Assembly (NCBI GenBank): GCA_965217895.1
Contig: CBDCJV010000002.1
Span: forward strand, 2,336,001-2,400,000
Origin: Waterburya sp.
Lineage (GTDB): Bacteria; Cyanobacteriota; Cyanobacteriia; Cyanobacteriales; Xenococcaceae
Length of the DNA stretch: 64,000 nt
Direction of reading: 5' to 3'
Shown here: piece after piece, positions 45,436 through 54,286 of the stretch
How positions within the stretch are numbered: the first letter of the stretch is position 1
Layout of the letters: every line of letters starts with the position of its first letter
The notes under the pieces: generated by a model
What the model was told of the DNA's origin: nothing
The model's input: the letters and a program-made list of their open reading frames with translations, nothing else
The model's database searches: none
Program-made: the position numbers and the translations under genes

Positions 45436-45637
45436 AGCTAACATCCATAGTGGTGATGTATCTAGGAGAGGTTTCTGGTAAAGGAAATTATTCTAAATAC
45501 AATCTCGTAGCTTCTTTTAAACCTGAAACAGCTTGTTCGATTGTTTCTCCTTGATCTACCGTTCCAACTTCAGGACATTCGGCAATATACATATCGTCTT
45601 CTCTATAAACTAATACAGTAAAGCTACGGTTTTTCAT
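45428..45637 (-). pseudogene. HicB family antitoxin with an in-frame stop
   Basis: MKNRSFTVLVYREDDMYIAECPEVGTVDQGETIEQAVSGLKEATRLYLE*FPLPETSPRY...; TAA at 45488-45490. Confidence 0.87.
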
Positions 45638-45822
45638 ATTGATTTACTTGCAATTAATTTTTTTATAATTTTAGCTGGAAAAAACTGTTAAGGGCGATCG
45701 CACGTGCGTAGTGCGATCGCTTTTCTATTTGAATTGATAAATAAGGCGATCGCCAATTAAACTATCAGAAAAATTGCAAGTATTTTAGAATTGAGAGAAT
45801 CATATTTTAATAATTATCATTC

Positions 45823-46029
45823 ATGATAGAAATTGTTTTTTTGGTTGAAGACGATCTTGATGGAGGTTATACAGCAAAGGCATTAGGTGAATCTATATTT
45901 ACTCAAGCAGATGATTTGGACAGTCTTAAAAAAATGATACGTGATGCGGTTGACTGTCATTTTACAGAAGATCAAAAACCAAAAGTAATTCGATTGCATA
46001 TTGTTCGAGATGAGGTAATTGCATCGTGA
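45823..46029 (+). CDS. HicB-like antitoxin (short form)
   Basis: EIVFLVE....GGYTAKALGESIFTQADD...IRDAV.CHF; GTGA overlap with hicA. Confidence 0.85.
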   Translation: MIEIVFLVEDDLDGGYTAKALGESIFTQADDLDSLKKMIRDAVDCHFTEDQKPKVIRLHIVRDEVIAS

Positions 46030-46268
46030 GATTACCGCGAGATATATCAGGAAAAGACTTAATTAAAGCTCTTTCTTGTCTTGATTATGAAGTTACTCGT
46101 CAGACTGGTAGTCATATTAGGTTGACCAGTAAACGTAAAGGGGAACACCATATTACAGTCCCAGCACACGATCCAATAAAAATAGGAACTCTCAACGCTA
46201 TTCTCAAAGAAATTGCTGAACATAACGGTCTAGATCGTGCTGAATTAATTAGAATGTTATTTGGCTGA
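46026..46268 (+). CDS. HicA family toxin
   Basis: RQTGSHIRL and HHITVPAHDPIKIGTL..IL. Confidence 0.9.
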   Translation: MRLPRDISGKDLIKALSCLDYEVTRQTGSHIRLTSKRKGEHHITVPAHDPIKIGTLNAILKEIAEHNGLDRAELIRMLFG

Positions 46269-46616
46269 AGCCTTTTTTTTACTCCTTTTTATGATTTTAG
46301 CTGGAAAAAACTGTTAAGGGAGATCGCTCTTCTATTTGATGTGGTAATAATGCGATGCTTTTTTGTTTAAAATACTATTTGCTTGAATTCAGGCGATTAC
46401 GAGATCGTGTAGCTGAAGGCGATCGCTTTCTATAAGAGAATAGTCATTTTTTATCAGGATTAGAATAGTGGATAAGGGCGTAAATAAAGTAGCCATTTGT
46501 TTAGCTTGAAACCTTGACGAGATCTAAACTCATTACTTGTTACTCATTATTCGTTACTTCCGCATAGCGGTAATAGTACTATTATTCCAACACTAAGAAA
46601 GAGGAACGTAAAGCGA

Positions 46617-46799
46617 TTGATAACCTCTAAGCAAGCATTAAGAGCTTGTATTCTCTGCGAATTTTTAACCTCAAAAGGTATGCCAATTAGGGTTTTTCAA
46701 TACCAAGACACAGAAAGATTGATTCGGATAGAAGCAGGTTTCAGAACACGACAAATTAGAATTGTAATTAACGAAGGAGGAAAATTTAAATATGTCTAA
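46617..46799 (+). CDS. Small protein, DUF6888-like
   Basis: T.KQA.....CE.LT....PI..F...I.I.AG....I...G pattern; overlaps the next gene. Confidence 0.6.
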   Translation: MITSKQALRACILCEFLTSKGMPIRVFQYQDTERLIRIEAGFRTRQIRIVINEGGKFKYV

Positions 46800-46989
46800 A
46801 TCTCTTGAAACGATGGGCATCAAGGAGCTTCAGCAGTACATGAAAGACCATCAAGATAACCATGATGAATGGCAAAAAGCGTATAGCTTATTTGCTCAAA
46901 AGTCAGATTGGCAGGAAATACCAGAAGGAGCGACTTGGGATGAAGAAAAACAATTTATTGAAGATTTTGTTACTCAGGTAATAAATTGA
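46792..46989 (+). CDS. Small protein, DUF6887-like
   Basis: M..KEL.QYM..H.D...A pattern; ggagg RBS. Confidence 0.6.
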   Translation: MSKSLETMGIKELQQYMKDHQDNHDEWQKAYSLFAQKSDWQEIPEGATWDEEKQFIEDFVTQVIN

Positions 46990-47421
46990 TCGCAAGTTTA
47001 TTTGTTCACTGCTGAGATGATAATAGCGATTATCATAGAGTTATACATAAGCGATTACGCGATCGTTTATCCTTTAGGGCTTTTTTTTTTGATGTGGTAA
47101 TAATGCGATCGCTTTTCTATTTGATATGGTAATAATGCGATGGGATTTTAGTTATTCTATTGTCAGGTAAGATAGACAGTCTAAACGAACAAACCAAGTC
47201 GTAGCGATCGCGTAGCTTTTTGATCGCTTTTTTATGAGGTGATAATGCGATCGCTAATCTCAAAACAAGATGATTACTAATTGGAGTTGTAGTAACGTTA
47301 ATTCCTCGTCGCTTTATATTCGTCTGCGATCGCCTTACATAGTGCGATCGCTTTTTTCTTTGATGTGGTAATAATGCGATCGCTTTTTAGATACTGTTTA
47401 AAATACTTGTTTTTTATCAAT

Positions 47422-47802
47422 TTATTCTTGAGAATTTCGCAACAAAGGTAAACGGCGCATTCTAATTTTTCTTGAATCAACAGTTACAGCAACACCCTTT
47501 TGTAACTCCTCATAACATTTATTTATTACATTTAGAAGCAATTTTGTTAGAGCTTCAGCACGTAATCCTTCTACGCGAATTCTAATCACAGAAGGAGAAG
47601 AGGCATTGCTTAAAGCAAGTAGAGAATGAAAGTCAGCATCTAAAGTAACTACAACACAATTGATTTCTCTGGCTTTTTGAATAATTTCAATATCTTCAGC
47701 AGCCCATAAACCAATTTCGCCAACATGGATGGTGTCAATTTTATGAGCTTTTAATAATTTTGCTGCTGAACAAGGTAATCCTTGATCAAGCAACAGTTTC
47801 AT
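47422..47802 (-). CDS. DUF5615 PIN-like toxin
   Basis: MKLLLDQGLP, AED.EI..A and VVTLDADF. Confidence 0.9.
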   Translation of the reverse strand: MKLLLDQGLPCSAAKLLKAHKIDTIHVGEIGLWAAEDIEIIQKAREINCVVVTLDADFHSLLALSNASSPSVIRIRVEGLRAEALTKLLLNVINKCYEELQKGVAVTVDSRKIRMRRLPLLRNSQE

Positions 47803-48028
47803 AGTTATTTGGCAGTTCAATAATTTGATCATCTAAAGACAAAGAGGCAAAAAGTAAAGCCTGTTGAATGTCTTCTTCTTCTAGTTCAGGAAACTCTTGA
47901 TATAATTCCTCTCGGTTGGGATAAGTAGCAATCAAATTGATTACTCGACGAACTGTCAAGCGAAGATTACGAATGCAGGGTTGCCCATTCATTTTGCTAG
48001 GATTGCTAGTAATGCGATCGAGTTTCAT
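47786..48028 (-). CDS. DUF433 antitoxin
   Basis: RITSNP..MNGQPCIRNLRLTV and FPELEEEDIQQAL.FA. Confidence 0.92.
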   Translation of the reverse strand: MKLDRITSNPSKMNGQPCIRNLRLTVRRVINLIATYPNREELYQEFPELEEEDIQQALLFASLSLDDQIIELPNNYETVA

Positions 48029-48226
48029 TTTGAGTAAGCTACTATACAAATTTTTAACTATCTATTTAATAAATTTACCAAAATAAAGCTGTAATGAATA
48101 AATTGTTGCCTACCACAAATAAGTAAGATGCGATATCGGTAATTTTTAAGATTTCCTTAGAAAAGAGATCGCTTTTCTATTTGATGCGGTGACAATGCGA
48201 TCGCAGATCTCAAAACAATATGATTA

Positions 48227-48574
48227 CTAAATAAATTCTACTTTTCCTTTAATATCCTCTAATTCTACCCATTCCTAAATTAAAGCTAAGGTATTAATAT
48301 ATTAATAATTTCGCCAATAGTTCTACTTCTTTGACGACAATATGTAAGTAATTCCACCATGATTAACACCAGCTTGATGAAGCCTTAAAAAATCATCATC
48401 TTGGGTAAAAATAACCCTTTTTTCCGTAATTGCAAATGCAACTTGCTCTTCATCAGATGCACTAATCAAGCTTATTTCTGGAGTTGCAGTAACGTCAATT
48501 CCTCGTCGTTTTAAACCGTCTGCGATCGCATTACTTACATTTTCATCCAGATGAAACTTAATCCTATTGAACAT
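48227..48574 (-). pseudogene. DUF5615 PIN-like toxin, frameshifted
   Basis: KFHLDENV, ASDEEQ and IFTQDDDF. A 4-bp ttac duplication shifts the frame; the other frame continues YCRQRSRTIGEII..LI*EW..GKVEFI* to 48227. Confidence 0.82.
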
Positions 48575-48881
48575 TTCCTTGTTTTAGTTTGCGCTGGAGA
48601 ATTGAAGGTGTTTTGCCAGCCAACTCTTGAGCAGAAGTTTCACTATCTCTAATATTTTGCCTAATTTCTGCTAGATGGTCATAATAATAAGACAATGCAG
48701 CGTACACATCAGCTAGGGTAATACTAGGGTAATGATAAATAATTTCGTCTGCCGAAAGCCCCATCATTTCGTACCAAACAACTATATCCTGTACTCTAAT
48801 ACGATGCCCAGCGATACGAGGTTTTCCACCGCATACTCCTGGGGTGATTTCAATGTGTTGGGTTATTGATGTTGAAGACAC
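48564..48881 (-). CDS. DUF433 antitoxin
   Basis: HIEITPGVCGGKPRIAGHRIRVQDI and ITLADVYAALSYYYDH; GTG start inferred. Confidence 0.9.
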   Translation of the reverse strand: MSSTSITQHIEITPGVCGGKPRIAGHRIRVQDIVVWYEMMGLSADEIIYHYPSITLADVYAALSYYYDHLAEIRQNIRDSETSAQELAGKTPSILQRKLKQGNVQ

Positions 48882-49115
48882 TATTTTTGTTTGCTGCTCA
48901 ATTATTGAAATATTTATAATTCTACAAACTATAGAATTAATTTGGTATAAGTCTGGCTTGGTAAACAACTACTGTGAAACTACTGGTTTTCATCTCGATC
49001 TAGCTTTAAGTTTTTTGGTAATTTCATCTGGTCAAGGTTGTTGAAAGCGATTGCACGGTCGCTTTTTTCGGGGATTATTTACAGCATTTATACGTAAACG
49101 ATTAACAATTAACAA

Positions 49116-49568
49116 TTAACCAAAATAATCATCTTTCATAATTTGCTCAACCTCAACAAAACCCGATTCAGGAATTTCAAAGTCAAACACCATAGTAGCG
49201 ATCGCATCCTGATAAAGATCGAGATATTCAGATTTGAGATAATTCTTCAGGCTGGGATTTTTCTTAAGGATTCGATTAATACGATTGCGGAAGTTAACAA
49301 CTTCTTGCTGCCATCCTTTGCGACATCTTTCTACTTCCGAATTCCAGTACTTTAGCTTGAGGATATGCTCAATCAATCGCTGCATATAACTGTCTAGCGA
49401 GCGCTTTTCTGACTTCCCCATGTCGTCGATTTCATCTAACAGATTATCCCAGTCCATATTTTCAAAATCTTTATTTTGAATAGCTTCTTTTATCTTTTCA
49501 ACCCAAAGGTTGAAGTCGCGATCGTGTAACTGTTTTAAATTAGTCATGAGCTTTAATTTTTTGGACAA
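49116..49568 (-). CDS. DUF29 family protein
   Basis: DFNLW, DWDNLLDEI..MGKSE, LIEHILKL.YW and NPSLKNY. Confidence 0.92.
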   Translation of the reverse strand: MSKKLKLMTNLKQLHDRDFNLWVEKIKEAIQNKDFENMDWDNLLDEIDDMGKSEKRSLDSYMQRLIEHILKLKYWNSEVERCRKGWQQEVVNFRNRINRILKKNPSLKNYLKSEYLDLYQDAIATMVFDFEIPESGFVEVEQIMKDDYFG

Positions 49569-49678
49569 TTATTTTTTATTGCTTTTATTATTGATGTTAA
49601 TAAAAAGGGTACAAAGCGATTATGCGATCGCTTCTATATCTTTGATCGTTCTCTCAAGATAAAAAGTAAATATCTTAT

Positions 49679-49765
49679 AAAAGTAATTCGATTGCATATT
49701 GTTCGAGATGAGGTTATTGCCTCGTGAAATTACCGCCAGATATATCAGGAAAAGATCTAATTAAA
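49679..49765 (+). pseudogene. Duplicated remnant of the hicB-like/hicA junction
   Basis: Near copy of 45981-46067. Confidence 0.85.
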
Positions 49766-49775
49766 AATATTGCTG

Positions 49776-50681
49776 TTACTTTAAAATTTCGTTCACCTGA
49801 ACAACCAAATTGATCGCAGCTTGTCGAATAGTATCTTTATTTGAATCTTCGCTACCATACAGATGAGGATACATAATTGCCCTAGAACTACTAACTACTG
49901 CACCCAAACCGTCGGCATTAAAACAGGCTTTGATTCCTTTGTTCCCCCCTCCCTGTGCGCCAACACCTGGGACAAGAAATAGACTATTAGGTAATTGTTG
50001 ACGTAGGCGAATAGCTGCTTCAGGATAGGTTGCGCCGACGACTGCGCCAATAGCACTATAGCCTGATTCGCCAATACTTTTATCAGAAGCAGGTTTAATT
50101 AAATCGGCAATAATTTCATAGAGATATTTGCCATCTATTTGCTGTTCCTGAATTATTGCAGCACCAGGATTAGAAGTTTTAACACAGACGAATATACCTT
50201 TACCCCATTTTGTTGCTTCTTCAAAAAATGGTTCGAGACAGTCTTTGCCAAGGTAAGGAACAATGGTAATGGCATCAGCTTCTAAAGGGCGTGCTGGTTC
50301 ACCTGATAAATAGCCTTGGGCGTAAGCTGTGGCTGTAGAGGCTATATCTCCCCGTTTTACATCTAAAACTATCAACAAATCGCGAGCGCGCGCTGCCATA
50401 ATTGTCTTTTCTAGTGCCACAATTCCTGCCGAACCAAACAACTCATAATAAGCACTTTGGGGTTTTACAGCAGGGACAAGATCGGCAACGGCATCTAACA
50501 CCATCAGGTTATATTGATAGATTGCCTCAGCGCAATCAGCTAAACTGCTTTTTTTAGTAATACCTTGTTTTTGCAACCAGCTTTCAGGCATTCTCGCTAA
50601 TGCAGGATCTAATCCGACAATGCAAGAAGTTTTTTTAATCTGGATCTTCTCGATTAGGCGATCAATAAATATTTTTTTCAT
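49776..50681 (-). CDS. pyrF: Orotidine-5'-phosphate decarboxylase (subfamily 2)
   Basis: VGLDP, VKPQ.AYYE, DVKRGDI.ST, KTSNPG, VVGATYP, PGVGAQGG and SSRAI. Confidence 0.95.
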   Translation of the reverse strand: MKKIFIDRLIEKIQIKKTSCIVGLDPALARMPESWLQKQGITKKSSLADCAEAIYQYNLMVLDAVADLVPAVKPQSAYYELFGSAGIVALEKTIMAARARDLLIVLDVKRGDIASTATAYAQGYLSGEPARPLEADAITIVPYLGKDCLEPFFEEATKWGKGIFVCVKTSNPGAAIIQEQQIDGKYLYEIIADLIKPASDKSIGESGYSAIGAVVGATYPEAAIRLRQQLPNSLFLVPGVGAQGGGNKGIKACFNADGLGAVVSSSRAIMYPHLYGSEDSNKDTIRQAAINLVVQVNEILK

Positions 50682-50832
50682 CTATGACTGCTTTTAATAT
50701 TGCTCGATGTAAACATTAACTATTTGAGATCGAGAAAGTTTATTTAGAATATTCTCTTATATTAGTCATTCTATGTATTCTCAAAAAGTAGGCGATGTAC
50801 CTACCCGCTCCTTATTTTTACTCCTTAACGAC

Positions 50833-51462
50833 TCAGAGATTGACAATTCCCCGTTGGTAGGCAGCAACAACAGCTTGAGTGCGATCGCTCACCTCCAATT
50901 TGTGCAAAATGTTAGTAATGTGAAATTTAACCGTTCCTTCACTGACGTATAACGCTGCACTAATCGCTTTGGTGCTATTACCTTTGGCTAACAGCTTTAA
51001 TACCTCAATTTCGCGATCGCTTAGTTGCGCACTATTCATACGGCTGGCTAATTTGGCACCCACAGATGTTGAAATATAATTTTGCCCAGCAGATACTGTC
51101 CGAATTGCCTTTAATAGTTCAGCCCGCTCGGCAGTTTTAAGTAGATAACCTTTAGCTCCAGCCTGTAGCCCGCGATAGATGTTTTCGTCTCCATCATAGG
51201 AGGTGAGAATAATGATATGTGCGTTGGGAAAGTCTTGAATAATTGCTGAAATTGCCTCAACTCCAGTTAGTTCTGGCAAACTTAAATCCATCAGCGTCAC
51301 GTCGGGATGCAGCGTCTTGAACTGCGCGATTGCCTCGCTTCCAGTTTTCGCTTCACCGATAGGCTCTAGACCTGGCTCAGATTTCAGCATCGTTATTAAC
51401 CCACTTCGCACCATCGGATGGTCATCGACTACTAGAACGCGGATATTGGAAGATGAAGTCAT
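50833..51462 (-). CDS. NarL/LuxR family response regulator
   Basis: VVDDHP, PDVTLMDL, GYLLK and LSDRE.EVL...TVKFH HTH; ATGA overlap with the kinase. Confidence 0.94.
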   Translation of the reverse strand: MTSSSNIRVLVVDDHPMVRSGLITMLKSEPGLEPIGEAKTGSEAIAQFKTLHPDVTLMDLSLPELTGVEAISAIIQDFPNAHIIILTSYDGDENIYRGLQAGAKGYLLKTAERAELLKAIRTVSAGQNYISTSVGAKLASRMNSAQLSDREIEVLKLLAKGNSTKAISAALYVSEGTVKFHITNILHKLEVSDRTQAVVAAYQRGIVNL

Positions 51463-53228
51463 GATGATGAAGACGTAAGTGGAATCTGAACCAGGATACA
51501 GGTTCCCTGTTCGGGTGAACTGCGGAGGGTAAACTGTCCCCCCAGACGATCGCAACGTTGTCGCATTGAGACTAAGCCAAAGCCGCTGCGATCGCTAGCC
51601 AGTTGCCGATTGAATCCTTTGCCGTCATCTTCAATGCGAAGCGTAATTAGATCTGTCGCCAGGCTAAGTTCTACCTCTAGAGTTCGTGCTTGAGCGTAAC
51701 GCAGGGAGTTAGTTATAGCTTCTTGTCCAATTCTTAATAGGTTCATGCCGATGTCGGGTGGCGCAGGCTGCACTGTTCCCACCAGCTTAAAGTTTACCTG
51801 TAGGTCGGCGTGAAGAGTAAGCAGATTCAGCGATCGCTGTAACGACCCTGCTAAATCTCGATATTCATCGGCATCGGGATGCAGTGACCACACCGAACGA
51901 CGAGCCTCGATTAGTCCAGAATGAGCTAAAGTTTTGACCTGTTTAATAATGTCCTGTGAAATTGCGGAATCTTGGGTGGCGTAATATTCGGCATTATTAA
52001 GTTGCAGCGAGATACTGTTTAGAGTTTGGGCGAGGGTATCGTGGATTTCTCGCGCCATACGGTTGTGTTCTTCAACCACCGCCACTTGTTTTGCATCTTC
52101 GGCTAAACGAGTTAGCTGAATGGCTAAAACGACCTGCTGTCCTAAAGCAGTGAGAAGACGTAAGTATTCGGGCGAACAAAAATGACTTTCAAGATAGCTA
52201 ATCATCAAAGAACCCAAAAAACCGTCACCAAATACAAGGGGAATCAGCACCATTGTTTGAACCCCGTCGCGCACGGCTGACCAAGAGAGATAAAGATCCA
52301 AGTCAGAATGGTTTGGTAAATCTGAATAGACAAATGGCTGCTGTTTACTCAAGAATTTCCAGGCTGAACTCTGTTTAAAGGCAGATAGAGGAATCGGATT
52401 TTGATTTAAAGCTTGGGGCGGATCGCCAATCAGCCGAGGATTCCAACGAGTTAAATGAAGTTTGTTCGTTGTTTGCCCAGCATCCCGCAACCAAATATCT
52501 ACAACCGGGGCATCAAACTGCTCGACGATGGTGGCAAGGACTTGCCCCAAAAAATCATCGAGTTCTGGCTTAGTAGCGAGATAAGAGAGGCTGCTTTGGA
52601 GTGCCGTCTGTTGCCCTTGGGCTAAAACTTCTGCTTCTTTACGCTGGCTAATATCCTGCATAATAGTGATGAAGCAGACAGGCTGACCAACAGCATCGCA
52701 GACGGCAGATACAGTTATGCTAGCCCAAAGCAAAGAACCATCTTTACAAATGTAGCGTTTTTCATTTTGGTAGCAAGGCAGTTCGCCACAAACTAAGCGG
52801 GGAATAAAGGCGAGATCGGTAGCCAGGTCATCGGGGTGAGTAATGTCAGCAAACGTAAGTGCCATTATTTCAGCTTCGCTATAGCCTACCATGTCACAAA
52901 ACCGCTGATTGACTTGCAGCCAGCGACCGTCTAAATCATCTATGGCCATGCCGACAGCAGCTTGCCCAAAGGTATAGCGGAAAAGCCGTTCACTCTCATG
53001 TAGGTCAACTTCAGCTTGTTGGCAGCGCAAAGCCTCAATTTGTAATGCTTGGTTAAGGGCTGCAACCTTGGCAGCGTATTCTTGAACAGTCTTTTCTTGA
53101 GCAGCTATTTCTGATTTTCTTTGCCGTAAGTCAGCAATCTCAGCCCGAAAAGCCTTATTTTCTGCTTCTAGTTGGGCAATGCGTTCTTGTGGCGATCGCT
53201 CAACTGGCTCATTATGCTGCTGTAGCAT
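51459..53228 (-). CDS. Cytoplasmic PAS-GAF histidine kinase (HisKA_3)
   Basis: ITHPDD PAS/PAC, GAF-like region, RMAREIHDTLAQ, EAITNSLRY, DDGKGF and GFGL. Confidence 0.93.
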   Translation of the reverse strand: MLQQHNEPVERSPQERIAQLEAENKAFRAEIADLRQRKSEIAAQEKTVQEYAAKVAALNQALQIEALRCQQAEVDLHESERLFRYTFGQAAVGMAIDDLDGRWLQVNQRFCDMVGYSEAEIMALTFADITHPDDLATDLAFIPRLVCGELPCYQNEKRYICKDGSLLWASITVSAVCDAVGQPVCFITIMQDISQRKEAEVLAQGQQTALQSSLSYLATKPELDDFLGQVLATIVEQFDAPVVDIWLRDAGQTTNKLHLTRWNPRLIGDPPQALNQNPIPLSAFKQSSAWKFLSKQQPFVYSDLPNHSDLDLYLSWSAVRDGVQTMVLIPLVFGDGFLGSLMISYLESHFCSPEYLRLLTALGQQVVLAIQLTRLAEDAKQVAVVEEHNRMAREIHDTLAQTLNSISLQLNNAEYYATQDSAISQDIIKQVKTLAHSGLIEARRSVWSLHPDADEYRDLAGSLQRSLNLLTLHADLQVNFKLVGTVQPAPPDIGMNLLRIGQEAITNSLRYAQARTLEVELSLATDLITLRIEDDGKGFNRQLASDRSGFGLVSMRQRCDRLGGQFTLRSSPEQGTCILVQIPLTSSSS

Positions 53229-53371
53229 TTTTACGAGTTCTCCTAGGATAACCTAATAGAATAGAGATTAGCTTCCTAATTAAATTTTGCCAAAGGTAAT
53301 CTTAAATCTAGAAATGAAACTGACTAAATAGCTGTCTAGCATAATTTTTGCGCGTTAATAAATTATTTGTA

Positions 53372-53553
53372 TCTAACTAAAGTTAGAGATTATAAGTTTT
53401 AGATAAATACTAGTCGAAAGTCAAGGTGACAACCTACTTTTTGCTTAGGGCGGAAAAAAAGTATTTTCAATAGGATGAAATCGAGTAATAGATAGAGCAG
53501 ACAATAAGTTTCGCCTAGTTCTTTCTAGATTTTCAGCAATATTAAAACAGATT
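53372..53553 (+). promoter_or_regulatory. Promoter block copy 1 with inverted repeat
   Basis: tctaact-aa-agttaga, then actagtcgaaagtcaaggtga..aacct; homologous to 57579-57759. Confidence 0.7.
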
Positions 53554-53557
53554 TATC

Positions 53558-54172
53558 ATGGCTTTTGAACTTTTACCCCTACCTTATGCTTATGATGCCC
53601 TAGAACCTTATATGTCTCAAAAAACATTAGAGTTTCATCATGACGAGTATCACGCAACCTGTGTGTCTGTTCTTAATGTCTTGGTTAAAGAAACTGAATT
53701 TGCTGATAAATCTTTAGAAGACATCATTTTTAAAACTTACGGCGATACCAGTAAAGCAAAGATTTTTAACAACGCCGCCCAGATATGGAATCACAATTTC
53801 TTCTGGAAATGTATGAAACCAAACGGAGGCGGTCAGCCGAATCAATGGCTGGCGGAGAGACTGATTGCTAATTTTGACAGTTTAGATCGCTTTGCTGCTG
53901 AGTTTAAGAATGCAGGAATAGCTCAGTTTAGCAATGGCTATGTTTGGTTGGTACTCGATCGCGATCAACTCAAAGTTGTTAGAACTGAAAATGCGCTGAA
54001 TCCGATGGTAAAAAAGCAAATTCCTTTATTGACTTGCGATGTTTGGGAACACGCTTACTATCTCGACTATCAAAATCGTCGTTCTAGTTTCCTGCAAACA
54101 TTTTTAGAGCATTTGATTAATTGGGAGTTCGTGAGTCAGCAATTGCAGAAGCATCAATTGATATCTGCGTAA
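53558..54172 (+). CDS. Fe/Mn superoxide dismutase family protein (Fe-type-like, divergent)
   Basis: LPYAYDALEP, FNNAAQIWNH and DVWEHAYY; HHDEYHATC in place of HHDKHH..Y. Confidence 0.9.
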   Translation: MAFELLPLPYAYDALEPYMSQKTLEFHHDEYHATCVSVLNVLVKETEFADKSLEDIIFKTYGDTSKAKIFNNAAQIWNHNFFWKCMKPNGGGQPNQWLAERLIANFDSLDRFAAEFKNAGIAQFSNGYVWLVLDRDQLKVVRTENALNPMVKKQIPLLTCDVWEHAYYLDYQNRRSSFLQTFLEHLINWEFVSQQLQKHQLISA

Positions 54173-54286
54173 GCCTATTTTTAGCTGAATAGACCACGTT
54201 GTCAATCGACTGGTTTTTAGCTTTTAGCTTTCAGCTTTTTAGAAATATAATCACTTATTTTATATCTACAAACAAAGGAGTTACCA

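Noticed and set aside
47298..47480. 60-aa ORF
   Set aside because: Spans spacer repeat blocks and overlaps the DUF5615 gene end.
44205..48230. CRISPR array or integron attC sites
   Set aside because: Repeats are irregularly spaced, degenerate and separated by whole genes; no cas or intI gene, and no GTTRRRY/RYYYAAC pairing was evident.
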